Source of the DNA: Eledone cirrhosa
Lineage: Eukaryota
Reading direction: 5' to 3'
DNA: 64,000 nucleotides
NCBI GenBank assembly: GCA_964016885.1
Contig: OZ024740.1
Span: 293,880,001 to 293,944,000, forward strand
Each line of letters opens with the position of its first letter. Within the stretch, counting starts at the first letter, position 1. Positions 1 to 13,394 of this stretch are shown here, piece after piece. A model generated the notes under the pieces. That model saw nothing but the letters and a program-made list of their open reading frames with translations, was not told the origin of the DNA and searched no databases. Both the position numbers and the translations under genes were made by a program.

Positions 1-204
1 ATCCAGACAGAAAAACCCTACCAAGGAAACGTGATCAGCACAAGTATGATTCTCAATAATTGTGTATACAAGGCTGACACTAGTTGGTGCTGCACGTGGT
101 TGTGGGGTGGCTAGAGTAGCCATGTGTGAGAATAGCTTGACCATGATCAACCAACTGCACAACCACTTTCCCTTTCAGAAAGGAACAACTGTCAAGGTAC
201 AAAC

Positions 205-480
205 CTCAGGACTGCCACCCTCTATGTTGGCACCCTGAAGGTAAATTAAATCAATTTGTGGAACGGTTAGAGAGAAGAGGTGTAGATGTATGCTGTGTAC
301 AAGCAGTGTGATGGAGGGGTGCCTCAGCAAGACTAATCACAGGCAAACAGATTAGATATAAACTCTACTAGGTAGGAAATGACAATGGGGTAGGTGGTGT
401 AGGAATCTTACTAGCTGAGAAATGGATATTAAGGTAATAGATAGTTAGAGTAAGTGAGAGTATCGTGAAACTTAGAAAAG
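205..480 (+). mobile_element. Decayed RTE-type LINE, AP-endonuclease fragment
   Basis: Manual translation across stops and frameshifts gives LRTATLYVGTL..ERRGVDVCCVQ..WRG..GVGGVGILLAEKW..RVSESIVKLR, which are APE motifs of RTE LINEs. Confidence 0.7.
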
Positions 481-978
481 CTGTTATATTTAAAAGCACA
501 CTGCTTGAGTGCTTGTGGTAATCATTATATTTTTTCAATGTGAATATGTTTTGCTAACATGATTCCCTGTTTCATCAGACCTGGCTTACCTCCTCTTTGA
601 TGTGTGGTCATGCATCACTAAGGAGCTTACTGCTACCCTTACTTGCCACTAGCAACTGAGAGAGCATTATGTATCTTTCATAAGCAGGGAGATGAAACGG
701 CACAGCGCTGAATTATGTAATGTGTACTATTGTTACCTAATTTTCTGAACATGGCTGCACCTTTCAGTGCATGACCAGTAGTCTGGGCACCATATCATCT
801 GATCCACACAAAGTCGTTTGCCTCCTTGCATTATTAAGGTCGACTGCATGCAGGAATCAAAGTCGAAGGTGTACTTCAAAGGGTTAAGATACTGGTAAAT
901 GAAGACAGTGAAAACCATAGAGCATTAATAATTAACACAAAAGGAAAACTATGGTTGTTATTCAAATTCCAGTTGTGA

Positions 979-1106
979 TTTCTACAATTGCTTCTTTGGA
1001 GATAAATGTAGTGCCAGTAGAAAGGATCAATGAATCACTTGGTCAAACAGTTAATAATTAATAAGTTAAATGTCACTCAAGGATTAATCCCCATTTCGTC
1101 AGGAAA
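979..1106 (-). ncRNA. Degenerate type I hammerhead ribozyme in a probable PLE pseudo-LTR remnant
   Basis: Minus strand: TTTC-CTGACGA-..TGGGGAT...ATCTCCA..-GAAGC-AATT-GTA-GAAA. GAAA box mutated to GAAG; palindromic CAATTG stem III. Confidence 0.5.
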
Positions 1107-1559
1107 AAATAGATAGATACATTGAGTTACTTAACACATCCAGAAAAACTAAAGGTAAGCTTTTGAAAAGTGAACAGAACACGTGAGAAATATGGAGCAA
1201 GTGATTTGTGTAATTAGAGAATAGTGTATTAATATAAGCATTATAGATGAAGTTGTATAGTAAGGAAGCATATTGTTAGATGCTGGCATGTTCAGTTTGA
1301 AATAAAAATGCATATTTAGAATGATTATATGAATTATGTGAACATTCTAGTGTACTATGCTTAAAAGCATATTTCACTGTCAATTCTGAATAAAGCCATG
1401 TTGGATAAAGAGTAGAAAAATGAAATAATCAGTACTATGTTATGTGTAATCTTCATTTCTTCCTGCAAATAATGTACAGATATGGCCGGTTTAAATGCAA
1501 AAGGGTTAAAAAGCTGCTAATAAAACTTTAAACTGACAATCTTCTAGGATTGCAACAAA

Positions 1560-2030
1560 TCCCCTCACCTCTGCTAATTCTGAAGCAATCCAAACCTCAG
1601 TATTTTCTAATATTGTTGAAAATAGCTCAGAAAGAAAATTTTCGATGGAAGCGTTTTCATCCTTGAGTGTCTATGTAAAGATATTGGATTTCAATGGCTA
1701 GAAATGTGAGATGAAATCAGTTTATGCTGCAAATTAAACAAACGTCAAGCATCCAGCAAGTCGCAGACATAATATGGAACCTTGAACTAAATCAAGCTCT
1801 GGCAGAAGTGACACAATTATTACGCCTGGTTCGGAATATACCTGCCACATCTGCTTCATGTGAGAGATCGTTTACTTCAATAAAGTGAGTGAATAGTTAT
1901 ATGTATTCTCAAATGAAAACCTTTTGAAAATGATGAAGGTAGAGCGTGGTGCTGATACATTTTATAGGAAAGTGATCGATGAATTTGCCAAAAAGAAACG
2001 AAAAATTGAATTGATTTACAAATTAATTTT
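1560..2030 (+). mobile_element. hAT transposase C-terminal (dimerisation domain) remnant
   Basis: ATSASCERSFTSIK near 1843 and VIDEFAKKKRKIELIYK near 1972 resemble hAT transposase C-termini. Confidence 0.55.
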
Positions 2031-2224
2031 GAATATCTCATTAGTTGAAGGTTTTATTATTTACTCATATTTCTCAGGTAACCAATATCATGACAGGCTC
2101 ATGGCCAGGCTGTTACTAATGGAGAGACGTCAAGTCTAGTGGAAAGGGGTATCAAGCCGGAAGTGTAGTCTGTTGGTAGACGTGCATTTTCTCACATTAA
2201 TATATATGTGTGTGTGTGTATTAG

Positions 2225-2668
2225 AGTAGAAAATAGAAGCTTTCGCCATATCTTTTACTAAATAAATTTTAGACTGATAGTGGGGTTTAGAACCATCTGA
2301 GAAATTGAATAAGATGAATATTGATGTACATGGGATCTAACCCACATCTTTTGTTTTTCAGACCATTACACCAACACATTACCCATCTCCTTCCATTCAA
2401 ATTGGAAGCTACATTCATAGCAAGTATGACATGTATGTTTGTTTTGAAACAGAGAGCGAGTTTGAAATAGAAAATAGCTTTCGCTGTATTTTTGACTAAC
2501 CAAAGATGTATGTTTGACTCCCATGTATGTCAATAATCATCTTTTTCCATTTCTTAGAGGGTTCTAAACCCCACTATCAGGCTAAAATTTCTTTTGTCAA
2601 AAATACGCCGAAAGCTTCTATCTTCTATTTCAAACTCGTTCGCTGTTTCAAAACAAACGTACTTGTAT
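2225..2668. repeat. Nested fold-back inverted repeats
   Basis: 2225-2340 is the reverse complement of ~2512-2630 (roughly 80% by eye); ~2430-2497 is the reverse complement of ~2594-2665. Confidence 0.75.
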
Positions 2669-3866
2669 ATTAGTGTGTTTTATATTTATAGCAGAATTCC
2701 ATTGTTGGGGTCACCTCATGTCGATTGTGTCCCGAAGTTGTTTTACATAAAAGCTTCACAGGCAAAAATACAAAGAGATGCAAATTTCTTTACGGGTTGC
2801 AGAGTTTGGTGCTTTTTGAATGTTATGCCAAAACAATGTAACAAATTCACTCCAATACTTGTTGAGTGTAGCCAGATTGCATTCTTTTGTCAACTGCTGT
2901 ATATGTACATGCAGGAGACATTAAAGAAATGAACTATAAACTTAAACTAACTATGTAGAAATAGTTTTACTCTGATAGTTTTACTCTGAAGTATTTGGTA
3001 TCACGTTGATGAGGTGAGCTTTGATATTTGTTTTGATAATTCAACAAGATAATGCGTTCACAATAAGGTTCTAATACAAGGTTTATTACTTTCTTCGTTC
3101 CTAAGTTCATTGCAGTGTTAGTTCTGTGCTGATTTTGTTAGTGAGTAGTAAACATGTTGGTTTTCACCAAGCTTCATTTGTTGTTATAAGGTTATGAAAT
3201 ATTTTCTTCTCTTTTGATTTTCATAGCCTGAATGAGTCCCAGAAATGTAAGACCACAAAGTCTTGTTAAAATAAAATTGACTGATTGAGTTTGGTTTTCA
3301 TCATCCACAGTGAATAAGAAAATGGAAATCAAAAAGGCCATTGAGAAAAAGCCTGAGAAGCAGTTATCCAAGACTTGTCTCCTTTCCAAACAACAAGTGC
3401 TTTTGTGTTTTTCTACGATCACGTCGAATCCAGAAGACAATTTCAGTTACCGTAAAAAACACTACCCAAAAGATCCAGGAAGTGTGGGAAAAGCAAATAT
3501 CCCTATCAAAACAGAAAAATAAACATCCACTCTTTAATAAAGAAATTATATAAGGAATATAAGGATTAGAAATTAAAATTAAGAATGACTTTAAATTAAA
3601 AGGTCAAGAAAAGAAAAAGAATAAGAGCAGTAGTGGAGAGAGAGAAGGAGGAAGAAGAAGAATGTTGACAGAAAAGCAGTCATGTAGAAAGTAGATGTTT
3701 ATATGATGATGATGATGATAGTAAATTGAATAAATAAGACTAAAATGGGTGAGTGTCTATAGAATGCTACCAAAACATTTGGTGGATTAATAATGTTTAT
3801 GATGATGATGATGATGATGATGGATGTAGTAGACAGTGATGTAGTTTATGATGATGAAGATAAATA

Positions 3867-4150
3867 CTCTAGGGTCCAAAATAATAGGGGTATGGGGTGG
3901 GATGGAAAATCAGAATTAGTCATTTAGTTTACATATCCTATTTATTCTATTACATATGAGATTTCTTGTAATGTACTTTATTTCGTGTATGATGTTTTTT
4001 TAATGAATAAAGGAAATTAATTATCGCAGGAATGCTACCGCTTAAATTAAAATTTTTCCCAGGATAGATTAGCAAAATTTAATAAGCAGGGGTGGAGAGA
4101 TCTCAATAATTAATGAGCAGTGTGGGGGACAATTATTCGAGTCCCAAGAG
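3867..4150. mobile_element. Tc1/mariner-type MITE
   Basis: Imperfect TIRs CTCTAGGGTCCAAAATAAT / ATTATTCGAGTCCCAAGAG flanked by TA. Confidence 0.5.
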
Positions 4151-4209
4151 TATGAGATGATGATAAACAAAATGTACAGAATAGATTTGAAACGACTAAA
4201 TAAATAAAT

Positions 4210-4580
4210 AAAGAAGCCAAAATGGGGTTCTGCCGAAGTGTCTTTGGAGTAATGTTCCTCAATAGAGTGCAGAGCTCAATGAGAGAGTTTCTCCAGGTAG
4301 AGCTGCTACTTCTTTGAATTGAAAGATCACAGCTCCAATACTATGACCATGGTGTTAGAATGTCTCAGGAAAGAATTGCTGGTCAGATTTTACAGGCAAA
4401 ACCAATCAGCATGAGACCCAGGGGTAGACCTCAAATGATATGGTTGGATAACATCCATGAGCTTGGCTGGTCTTGCTTGGGGATCCAGCTGGATCAGTTG
4501 GAGACAGTTGCTACGGAGAGGACTCGCTGGAAGAAGTGTTTGAGGAGTTGGTTCCCACAACCCTCTGAAGAAGAAGAAGG
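4210..4580 (+). mobile_element. RTE LINE 3' end
   Basis: IERSQLQYYDHGVRMSQERIAGQIL..RPRGRPQMIWLDNI followed by a (GAA)n tail. Confidence 0.75.
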
Positions 4581-4989
4581 GCTATCATCTATACCTCTGG
4601 AAGCCAACATTTGTAGGATACATAGCTAAATTCTTTGAGAAATTAGAGAAATGTTTTCAACGTTGGATTGTGCTCAATCTACAAAGACCAGGAGATGAAG
4701 GTAGCTAAATTGCTCACAAGATACAGTAACTAGAAGAATTACTGCAATAGGTAATTCAGATTATGAAATGTTTAAAAAGAATTTTGGATCTGTAGTACAT
4801 ACATAATCTGCAGCTAAGCCCTCATAGCACGAGGGGAAGATTGGAGTAAAGCATAAGTGGATGTGTGTTGGATAGGTGTTGGTTGGTGCAGGGGTTGAGG
4901 GTTTTGATAGGTCGTCTGTTGTTTGTATGGTCTGGTACACATATTTATCTGGTATGGTTAGGTGTTCCGTAACATCAGTTATTATCCAG

Positions 4990-5222
4990 TATGCATCTTT
5001 GTATCATAGATGTGCTTGAAGAGACAGAGGATATTGTTTGATAAAGAGAAGATATTTAATTTTTCTGTTGTACATAAATCACATCTCATTCATCATTATA
5101 AGCTTTCACTTTTGCTACAATATTCTATTTGATGGTGGGATTTATGATGTCATTGTCTTTCAATTGCCAGATGTATTTTTTTCAAAGAAATTGAGTTCTG
5201 TAATTGGCTATTCTTGAACTTA
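4990..5222 (-). mobile_element. PLE endonuclease C-terminal remnant
   Basis: FKNSQLQNS..YIWQLKDN..RCDLCTTEKLNI resembles the C-termini of the PLE ORFs at 46-51 kb. Confidence 0.65.
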
Positions 5223-6989
5223 TGCAGGCCATTATGAACTGATTATAATATAAATTAATATAAATGCCAAAAGTAGGGCCTCCACTGATCACAGACAATG
5301 GCATTGTAGTGGAGCTACCAAATGAAAGAAACATATTTAAACATATTTGAAATATATATTTATATTTTATTGCATGATACAATCATATTACAGTATGTTT
5401 TCATTCATTTATTGTTTAATTTCTAAATACGAGGTGATAAAGAAATGCTCGCTTTGTTTTGGTTGATTTCATTATAAAGAATTTTTCGTTTCAACAAATT
5501 GTTTTTATATTCCATGAATTTTGTTATAACAGGATTTCACTGTAATAGATAAAGTGGTAAAACACACTGGTTCAATACTGTGGTGGTAGCAGAGAAGCAG
5601 TTAATAGCTACATACTAAAGAAATAGGGCAATGGATACTCCATTTAATCATAAACTTGTAAATCTATTTTTGTTATTTGTGCAGGATGACATAGACAACC
5701 AACTTTACCCAATAGCAACAATAATATTCATGATATTTACTTGTATATATTCATCTTTAAAGACAAAAAGGAAAAAAGGAATGGCTGTTGTTGCTTGTGC
5801 AGTTGTGGCAAGTATTCTTTCTTGTAACTTAATACATTAGTCACATGTTCATGGTCACATCGACAACATGAAAAATCAACTTTACCCAATAGCAACAATG
5901 TTAGTTATACAAGATACTTACTTGTATATATTTATCTTTAAAGACAAACACAATTGGTTGGATACCAAGCCAGATGGTAAGTAAACCATATTCTCAAAAT
6001 TCTTCTACAATTTTCATAAGATTTTCATAGAAAGTGAGAAAACAGTTTGTCAAGGAAAATATTCATGAATGCAAATTCAATACTTTGTTAAAAGACTTAA
6101 ATTAGAAATAAATATTCTGTTTAAGTTTTCAGAAGGCTGACTTTTGTTGGGAGGGAGATTTTTTGCAGTGTTTAGTGGGGTTTTGGAGAAAGACATTTTG
6201 AGTAAAGAGAGCCTGGTGTATAGAGTAAGCCTTGGTGGCAGTGATTCAGAGAAACAGGGATCATTGTAATAAGTTGTTCGATAGAGGAGTCAGCATATCT
6301 GTGAGCTATAAATTGTTGTGTTTTGGTGTGTAAGTAATAGAATATATTTCTTTGGGGTGTTTGTTTATGTAACAATAACACTGTTCCAGATATGTGAACA
6401 GTATTCTGTTATAAAAGTTATTCAAGCTTTGTGGACAATAAGCAACTCACCAAATCACAAATGATATGAATTTACTTGTTCCATAAATTATACAATTTTT
6501 ACTGAAAGCTATAAGAGTAAGTGGAAATACATAAAACATGTTAAATAACAGGGAATACAAAAAAAGAACAAGATATAGAAAAGATAAATTGATAGTTATT
6601 TGAGAGAAAGCTTTATCAATATTTATATAGTTAAGAAAACATTGAGTGATAGCTCTTCAAATCTCTACACATTAAACAAAAAATTATTTACTAACTTGAT
6701 TAAACTATATGGTGCTGAAAAGATGTTGCATAATGGTTTAAATAGTCTGTTCAAAATGTTGTATACAGATTGTATAAAAGTACAGCCAACAAGTATTTTG
6801 TAGTGCTTATATAAATTTACATACAGCCTAGAAAACATTGCACTGTGGTTATATGAATTTACATATAATCTTGATAAGTCAATTTAATATATTGTGACTT
6901 GCTAAAGGATTCAAGAAAGAAATAGTGTAATTCCATAAATTATATACAGGAAACAAATATTTTGAGATGATTATCTCTGAAAACTAGGG

Positions 6990-7690
6990 TTTAGTGTTGC
7001 AAACTCCTGAAAAATCTTCAACATGTTGTCCTATCATTTGCATTTCCCCTCACCAAACACTAGCTACCATTTCCTCCTCTATCATCTTCAGCTATATTAT
7101 TCTTGGTCTTCATCTTCCTCTACTTCCTTTCACATTAATTTCAACACACACTCCAATCATCTCATTCCATTTTTCTTTATAACATTCATTAGTGGCTTTA
7201 AAACCATCACCGTCTGTAATTCCTCCTCTCTCTCAGCAATACTTCACTTATCCACTGTACTATTCTGATTGCTGTTCTTTCCAGCTTTCTCTGCTGCTTT
7301 ATGTACATCACACATGCAGAATCCACCTTTCCCTTCAGTTTAGCAAAATGTTTTCACAACTTCATCTTCACACCATTCCCATGATCCAGCTCAACACCCT
7401 GTACATGCTCTCTTATACATTGTAATCATTACTCTAATCAATCAATCCTATCTCAATGCCTGTGTTACTACTTCATGTGAAACCCAATCAAAAGCTTTCA
7501 CCATCCCAATAAACCTCCAAAACAAATTGTTACACTTGTTCTTGTATTTCACCTGTAACAACATAACAATAAATATTGTATTGGCTGTTCCTTTTCCCTG
7601 TTACAAATCTAAACTGCTTTTCACCAATCTTCACATTATTCCTTATCCCTATCTCTAACATGAACTAGTAACTTCATTCCACATTCTAAT
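6990..7690 (-). mobile_element. Old RTE reverse transcriptase fragment
   Basis: KIGEKQFRFVTGKGTANTIFIV..LQ.KY..MVKAFDWVS motifs with many lesions. Confidence 0.6.
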
Positions 7691-7949
7691 TACTGTATAT
7701 GAGCCACAGTCAAGATGCTCACTTACAGTCTTGTAGAGAGAGATGAGAATACTTTGCCAATCCATAAGAATATGGTCTTCTTTCATTACAAACCTACACA
7801 CCTCTGTCCTCCTGTTCACAAATTCTCAGGGGACTGTGTTGATGCTTTGCCTGTGAACAACCTCAGTGATCTTCTAAGTCTGGATGAGGTCTGCCTCTTG
7901 ATTGTCCTCAGCGTAAGAATAGATGTTTTAGGGTGATTTAAATGTTATT

Positions 7950-8265
7950 GTCGAGAGATGTTGAAAACATCTGGGACCCTACTCATCCTCATTATAAACA
8001 AAGTAATACAGAATGGTGTCATTCCCTGTGATTGGAAGAGCAGCATCATTGTCAATTGCTACAAAGGTAAAGATGTCCTAGAGAGAAGTAACTACAGAGG
8101 TATAAAGCTGACTGACAAAGTCATCAAAGTTACAGAAATAGTCTACCACAACTGATAAGAGGTCATATACACCTAGATGAAATGCAGTCTGGTTTTGTGC
8201 CGGAAAAACCACCACTGATGCCTTCTTCCTTGTGAGCCAAATGCAGAAGAACCTGGCTAAAAGCA
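7950..8265 (+). mobile_element. RTE RT fragment, same family as 15-17 kb
   Basis: VIQNGVIPCDWKSSIIVNCYKGKD..NYRGIKL is closely similar to ORF 16119-17222. Confidence 0.8.
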
Positions 8266-8299
8266 AGCCAAAATGTGGTTTGCGTATTGAGATGTGTTC

Positions 8300-8520
8300 G
8301 TCGGGTGGAGAGTGCCCGGCTCTGAAATTGGGGTGCCACTGTGAGAAGGGCTTAGTGCAGCCAATTGGCCTGTCCCTCCTCATAGTGGTGTCATCCAGTG
8401 CCGGCCTCTAAAACTGTGGTTCCACTGTAAGATGGGTTCAGCATTGCCAACTGACTTGTCACTCCTCATAGTGGTGCCATCCAGTTCCAGGCTTCCAAAA
8501 TGTGGTTCCACACATAGAAG
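8300..8520. repeat. ~86-bp imperfect tandem repeat, about 2.5 copies
   Basis: CTCCTCATAGTGGTG.CATCCAGT.CC.GG recurs at ~8376 and ~8462; GTGGTTCCAC recurs. Confidence 0.65.
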
Positions 8521-9184
8521 GGTTCGTTGTGGGTGAAAGGCCTGTTCTGTTCTTGAACAGAAGCATTGATACAGCAGTTGAATATTATTAATGACTAAGC
8601 CCCAAGTCATCACCCCAGGCTCATCAAAATTTGGGCAACACAAAGAAACAACATCAGTGTGCAAACAATGCATTAAATCCATCAAGGATTATGCTAATAC
8701 TACATGGCTTCCAATATCTCCAACACAAACTATAAAGTATACAAAATATCACAGTACACAGAACACAAACTTAAACCACCTAAACAACAAAACGAAAAAA
8801 AACTCAAAATAAAACAATCACATGGGCATGAACACACTTTGTTACAGAAACAAACTTAATCCTTACAGTTTCTGCCAATACATGAAAGATAACAGCCATT
8901 CATCCAGGTACACACAACACTCCAGAGGACTCACTAATACAACAGTAAACTAAAACTACTACTTAACCTACTCAAATCAGAAAACTTTTTAAAAATGAAA
9001 CAAGCACAAAAATAACTGCAATGTTAGCAGTGGCATCGTGTGGTTTGTCAGTACACAAGGCAAGGAAATAATTCTACCTCTTAACCCAATTGACCAGTGC
9101 AGTATTGGTAGAAATTATTCCAATGTTTTAGTTCCAACTATACAGAAACTACAAAATAATTTTATATCATCTAAATCTAAACTA

Positions 9185-9460
9185 AAGCCTGTCTCAAGCC
9201 AGGAGGCTCATCAGACTGGTGCTTATCTCGGTTTGTGACATTAAGGGACTGAGAGTTGAAGACTCCCCCTGGATAGGATGCCAGTCCATCACAGGGATAA
9301 ACTTCCAGCTATTGCTGGTACTTATTTTCAGTTGAGTATACTGGAGCAATGCAGCACAACACACAACACACAAGAACACAACACACAACCCAGTCCAGAA
9401 ATCAAACATACAATATTATGATTGCAAGTCTGACACCCTTAGCACTAGGCCACACGTCCC
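9185..9460 (-). mobile_element. tRNA-derived SINE (V/Meta-SINE-like body)
   Basis: Minus strand GTGGCCTAGTGCTAAGG (box A-like), then CCCTGTGATGGACTGGCATCCTATCCAGGGGGAG and AAACCGAGATAAGC..CTGATGAGCC. Confidence 0.65.
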
Positions 9461-9779
9461 CTATTTTATATCTAAAGATTCAAAACTTGACTATTATTTT
9501 GACAAACTAAAGCTGACTCTTAGGGGCTAGAGTTGTTATTAGTCACAAATTCCCCTGGTGGAACACAAACATCAGTGGTCCACACAGTTAGTACTTTAAA
9601 TTCAGTTGAAAAGAATTTAAATTAAAAAAGTCTAGGTTTCATTGTGTTACATGATTGTAAATTTACTTACAAGCAAAGACTGTTTTAGCAACCTTTACTA
9701 AAGAGATAATCCAGCATTGTAATCCTGCAATGCATTATTTTGTTGTCAGTTATGTAAATAAAGAATTAAATACATGATT

Positions 9780-9905
9780 GTTTTGTTACTTACACATTAT
9801 GATTATGATATCAATATTGCTTTTCATCAATTCTGGAAGGGGGTGCGAGAACTGGCTGGTGAATTGAATGGGGTGCGAACAAGTAAAAAGGTTAAGAACC
9901 ACTGC
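9780..9905. mobile_element. hAT/Charlie-like element terminus
   Basis: AAAAAGGTTAAGAACCACTG is the reverse complement of a CAGTGGTTCTTAACC-type TIR. Confidence 0.5.
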
Positions 9906-10689
9906 CTTAAAGCCAGGAACTTTTCAGCACCCCTCGTACATCAAATCGTTTCAATGATGAGTAACAATGCTTTTGGAATACAATTTTTATTTTGAATTTC
10001 TTTCATCTACCCAAATTTAGTAATGTAAATGTGTTATTCCGTTTAAAATACGATTTATTGTTATTATACATGTGGTTTAGATTACAATTGAAGACATTTT
10101 TAGTTTAGCAGTTGTCTGATAGTTTACTATTACTAGAAATTTATTTAAACAAAGATTTTTATGACAACTATATTTTACAAACAAAAGTTATACAATGATG
10201 GAAAATATTAAAAAGGAATAAAAACAAAATTAAGTAATGAAAAAGGGGGAAGAGGAAACAAGGGCAGATCTGGTTGGATAGGAAAGGACTATAAATACCA
10301 TAAATGAGAAGAAAAATAGGGAAAGAGTAAGATCTATAGGGAAAGGGAAAAGACTATCAGGCATAGAAGAAAGAGAGGGGGAGGGTATCAGACTGTACAC
10401 CTAGGTCAGGGTGGTGTTTCGGCTGAAGAAATTAAACCAGCAATATAATTTGATTGACTTCAACAAAATCTTACAATTCATACAATCCCATTAGGATGAC
10501 AATTTGACATAGATTTTCACAAATTTTATATATGTTATGCCTTTTTTAAAAAAGAGCACTAGCTGAATAAATCAAATACACAGGGAAGAAAAGCTGGTTC
10601 TCGGAACCACTTAAGATGGTTGATAATGTCAAGTGCTAGACTCCTTCATAAGTATATTCTATGGTAATCAAGGTTTTTAAAAGCTTCTC

Positions 10690-11195
10690 CAAAGTCACAA
10701 AACAGCACAGCTCCCATGACTTTTGGAAACATTTTTTCACGCTCAGAGTTACTGAAGCATGGAACAAACTACTTGCATCAGTTGTTAGCTGTCGGGACAC
10801 TGCATCCTTTAAAACCTCCATGCTTCCTGAAATTCGACAACACCCCTCCATACACACGCACACATGTATATCATGACTCATACTCTGTTCACTTTCCTGA
10901 CATTTGTACATTATTCTATGTACTAAAGGCGGTGGATTGGCAGTATCAGTAGAGAGTCGGACGCCTTGCTTTCCAGCATAGTAACGTCCCTTTACGGTCT
11001 GAGTTCAAATCCCGCCGAGGTTAACTTTGCCTTTCATCCTTACGGGGTCGATACAATAAAGTACCAGTAATGTATTGGGTAATTGCTGGCCTTGTGCCAA
11101 AAGTAGAAACAATTATTCTATGTACTATACATGCACCTTTGATGAGTTGTAGTGCAGATGAGCACTGTACACAATAAGTTCATTATTATTATTAT
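10690..11195 (+). mobile_element. CR1/L2-type LINE 3' end, interrupted by a SINE
   Basis: HFFTLRVTEAWNKL..VV..DTASFKT C-terminal motif; (ATT)n tail at ~11182. Confidence 0.6.
10926..11116 (+). mobile_element. Octopod-type tRNA-derived SINE with Deu/Nin-like core, full length
   Basis: GAGTTCAAATCCCGCCGAGG box B; core GCCTTTCATCCTTACGGGGTCGATA..AAGTACCAG; flanking duplication ATTATTCTATGTACTA at 10910 and 11112. Confidence 0.85.
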
Positions 11196-11462
11196 TTTAT
11201 TATTTAAAGTCAGCCGAACAATTACAAAAAATTACTCATTAATTCTGCATATCCTCAAACCAGGGGACACAACTCAGCTTGTCTTAGATTTGCCGTCCCA
11301 CATATTGATTTGATTTCTTAAAATGGGAGTGATTTCCCTTTATTTCAAAATTATTTACGATTTTTCTAATTAAGGCCGTGGTTGCGATGTGAGTAATTTC
11401 CCTTATTCCAGTAATTATTCATAGATACTCGATCATTTTCTATACATAGTATTATTAGACCA

Positions 11463-11584
11463 ATCTGAGTTCAAATCGCGCCGAGGTTAACTTTGCCTTT
11501 CATCCTTACGGGGTCGATAAAATAAAGTACCAGTAATGCACTGGGATAATTGCTGGCTCTATGCCAAAAGTAGAAACAATTATT
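11463..11584 (+). mobile_element. Same SINE, 5'-truncated
   Basis: Near-identical core and AAGTAGAAACAATTATT tail. Confidence 0.85.
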
Positions 11585-11930
11585 TGTTGAAAGGTGGATG
11601 AAAGTGGCGAGAATGGCCTGAGTGAATGGGCTTGCTCTGAGTGTGTGCCAGTAGATACAGGGAGGACACCTGGGAGAGGGAACTTGCCATCGGGGTTAGG
11701 GAGACTGTGGCCTTTATGGGCCTTCGCCACGAGTAACCCTCGGAAGTTTCCACCCTATTCGGAAATTTTCTTTTGTTTCTATTTCTGTTAATGTTAAATC
11801 CTTTGTTTTTGTTTTATGTTCATTTTTACACGCAGAAACCCACATTGTAGCGTCCTGTGCTGTTCTTAATGTACTTTTTTGTAAACCTTTTGTGGTCAAT
11901 AAAGAAAACATTATTGTATTGTTTGCAACA
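11585..11930 (+). mobile_element. Candidate solo LTR
   Basis: Begins TGTTG, ends CAACA, AATAAA about 30 nt before the end; no TSD seen. Confidence 0.4.
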
Positions 11931-12099
11931 GACTTCACACAGGCCAAATAACTGGTTTACTGTATTTACCTTTTTTTTCCAGCTAATTGCTATTATAGTA
12001 AAAAAATAATAATAAACTGTACAATACACATGGCATTAAGGAAAGAAAAAAAGAAATTAAGCAATGAAAGAAAGGGAGAGTGTGGAGGAGGCAAGCGAC

Positions 12100-12430
12100 A
12101 GACTCGCTACCCCAGTCTGAACAGTGTTTCGGAGAAAATGGCCAAGATATCACCACAGAGAATGGCCAGCAACACTCGCTGCAACATCCACCCCATCACA
12201 CAGGGCTCCTACCTCAGGTGGGCTGCTGTCTTTCCAATTTTACAAAGTAAATCAGAAGTGTGGGCACTGAGCTCACCTAAAGTCTCGATGGCAACTGGTA
12301 CGGAAAGGAAGTGGATGATAAGATGGATAACAAGGAAGCATTTGTATAGCTTTGGCCGAACAAATACTTTAGAGTATTTGGGTTCGTTTTCAGCAATTTC
12401 TTTTCAATTGCTTTTTGTATCAGTCTAATC
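12100..12430 (-). mobile_element. CRE-like (RLE) non-LTR element C-terminus
   Basis: FLSVPVAIETLG..LL.KIG..EP....WMLQRVLLAILCGDILAI resembles the QR.SLAI.RGN terminus of RLE-type elements. Confidence 0.5.
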
Positions 12431-13227
12431 TGGAGGAAGGGATTGTTCCTATTGCTTTCAAAGGAGATCTACGACCGGTGAGATTGATTTGGTTAATGTT
12501 CATCTTAAATAGATGGAAGTAGAAAAAAATCATTAGTTGAGAAGAAATTCCAGAAAGATGAAATTTTGGGAAAGAAAGAAGGCTGTGCACAGTCATTAAT
12601 GTGTGGGCGTGGGTAGTGGAAAACCTATGATGGAGAGGAGACGAGTAAGTCGGGAGAGCTGAAGTGAAGGTAGTATGGGATTAGCCATGTCCAAGGAGTA
12701 GAGGACATTGTAGTAGTAGCAGAAAAACAGTGAGGAAACCACATCTGTACGATGGATGTTAGTGATCGATTTCATGTCAGCTTTGTATTTTTTGGATGTG
12801 TTTCACAGATTTCCAAGATTTCTGTCTTGGAGTTTGATCTGGATTTGAATTCATCATTTCTTGTCTGTGTTCAGTGTTCCATAGCCTTTTCTCTTGTGGT
12901 CTGGTTGTTGTTTAGTGCAGATCAAAACTGATTGAACATACGTCCCTCATGTGTTCAGTTGTTGTGTGTGATATGATATAATTTTATCATTTAGCTGAAC
13001 AAAGTTTTTCACATTGGCACACTACCGTAAATGTGCACTGGAGTTAAAGAGTCGGTTGGATCAATACAACTACAGGACTAGTATTGTATCCCAACTCTCA
13101 ATAAAGGGAAAGGGAAAAGTGGACTGCAGTGAGATGTAAAATTAGAAAATAAAGGGAAATAACTAAATGCCGCAAAGAAATTTATCTGGTGGTGTACAGA
13201 TTCTGACATGAACCGATCTGTCCTCAA

Positions 13228-13236
13228 ATAGTAGTT

Positions 13237-13271
<35 letters not shown>

Positions 13272-13311
13272 GGTGGTGGTGGTGGTGGTGGTGGTGGTGG
13301 TGGTGGTGGTG

Positions 13312-13352
<41 letters not shown>

Positions 13353-13392
13353 TAGTAGTAGTAGTAGTAATAATAATGATGATGACGACGAC
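13228..13392. repeat. Compound trinucleotide microsatellite (TAG)n(TGG)n(TAG)n(TAA)n
   Basis: Direct reading. Confidence 0.95.
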
Positions 13393-13394
13393 AA

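Noticed and set aside
9195-9235. CTGATGAG within the SINE tail as a ribozyme
   Set aside because: Order and pairing of elements do not give a full hammerhead
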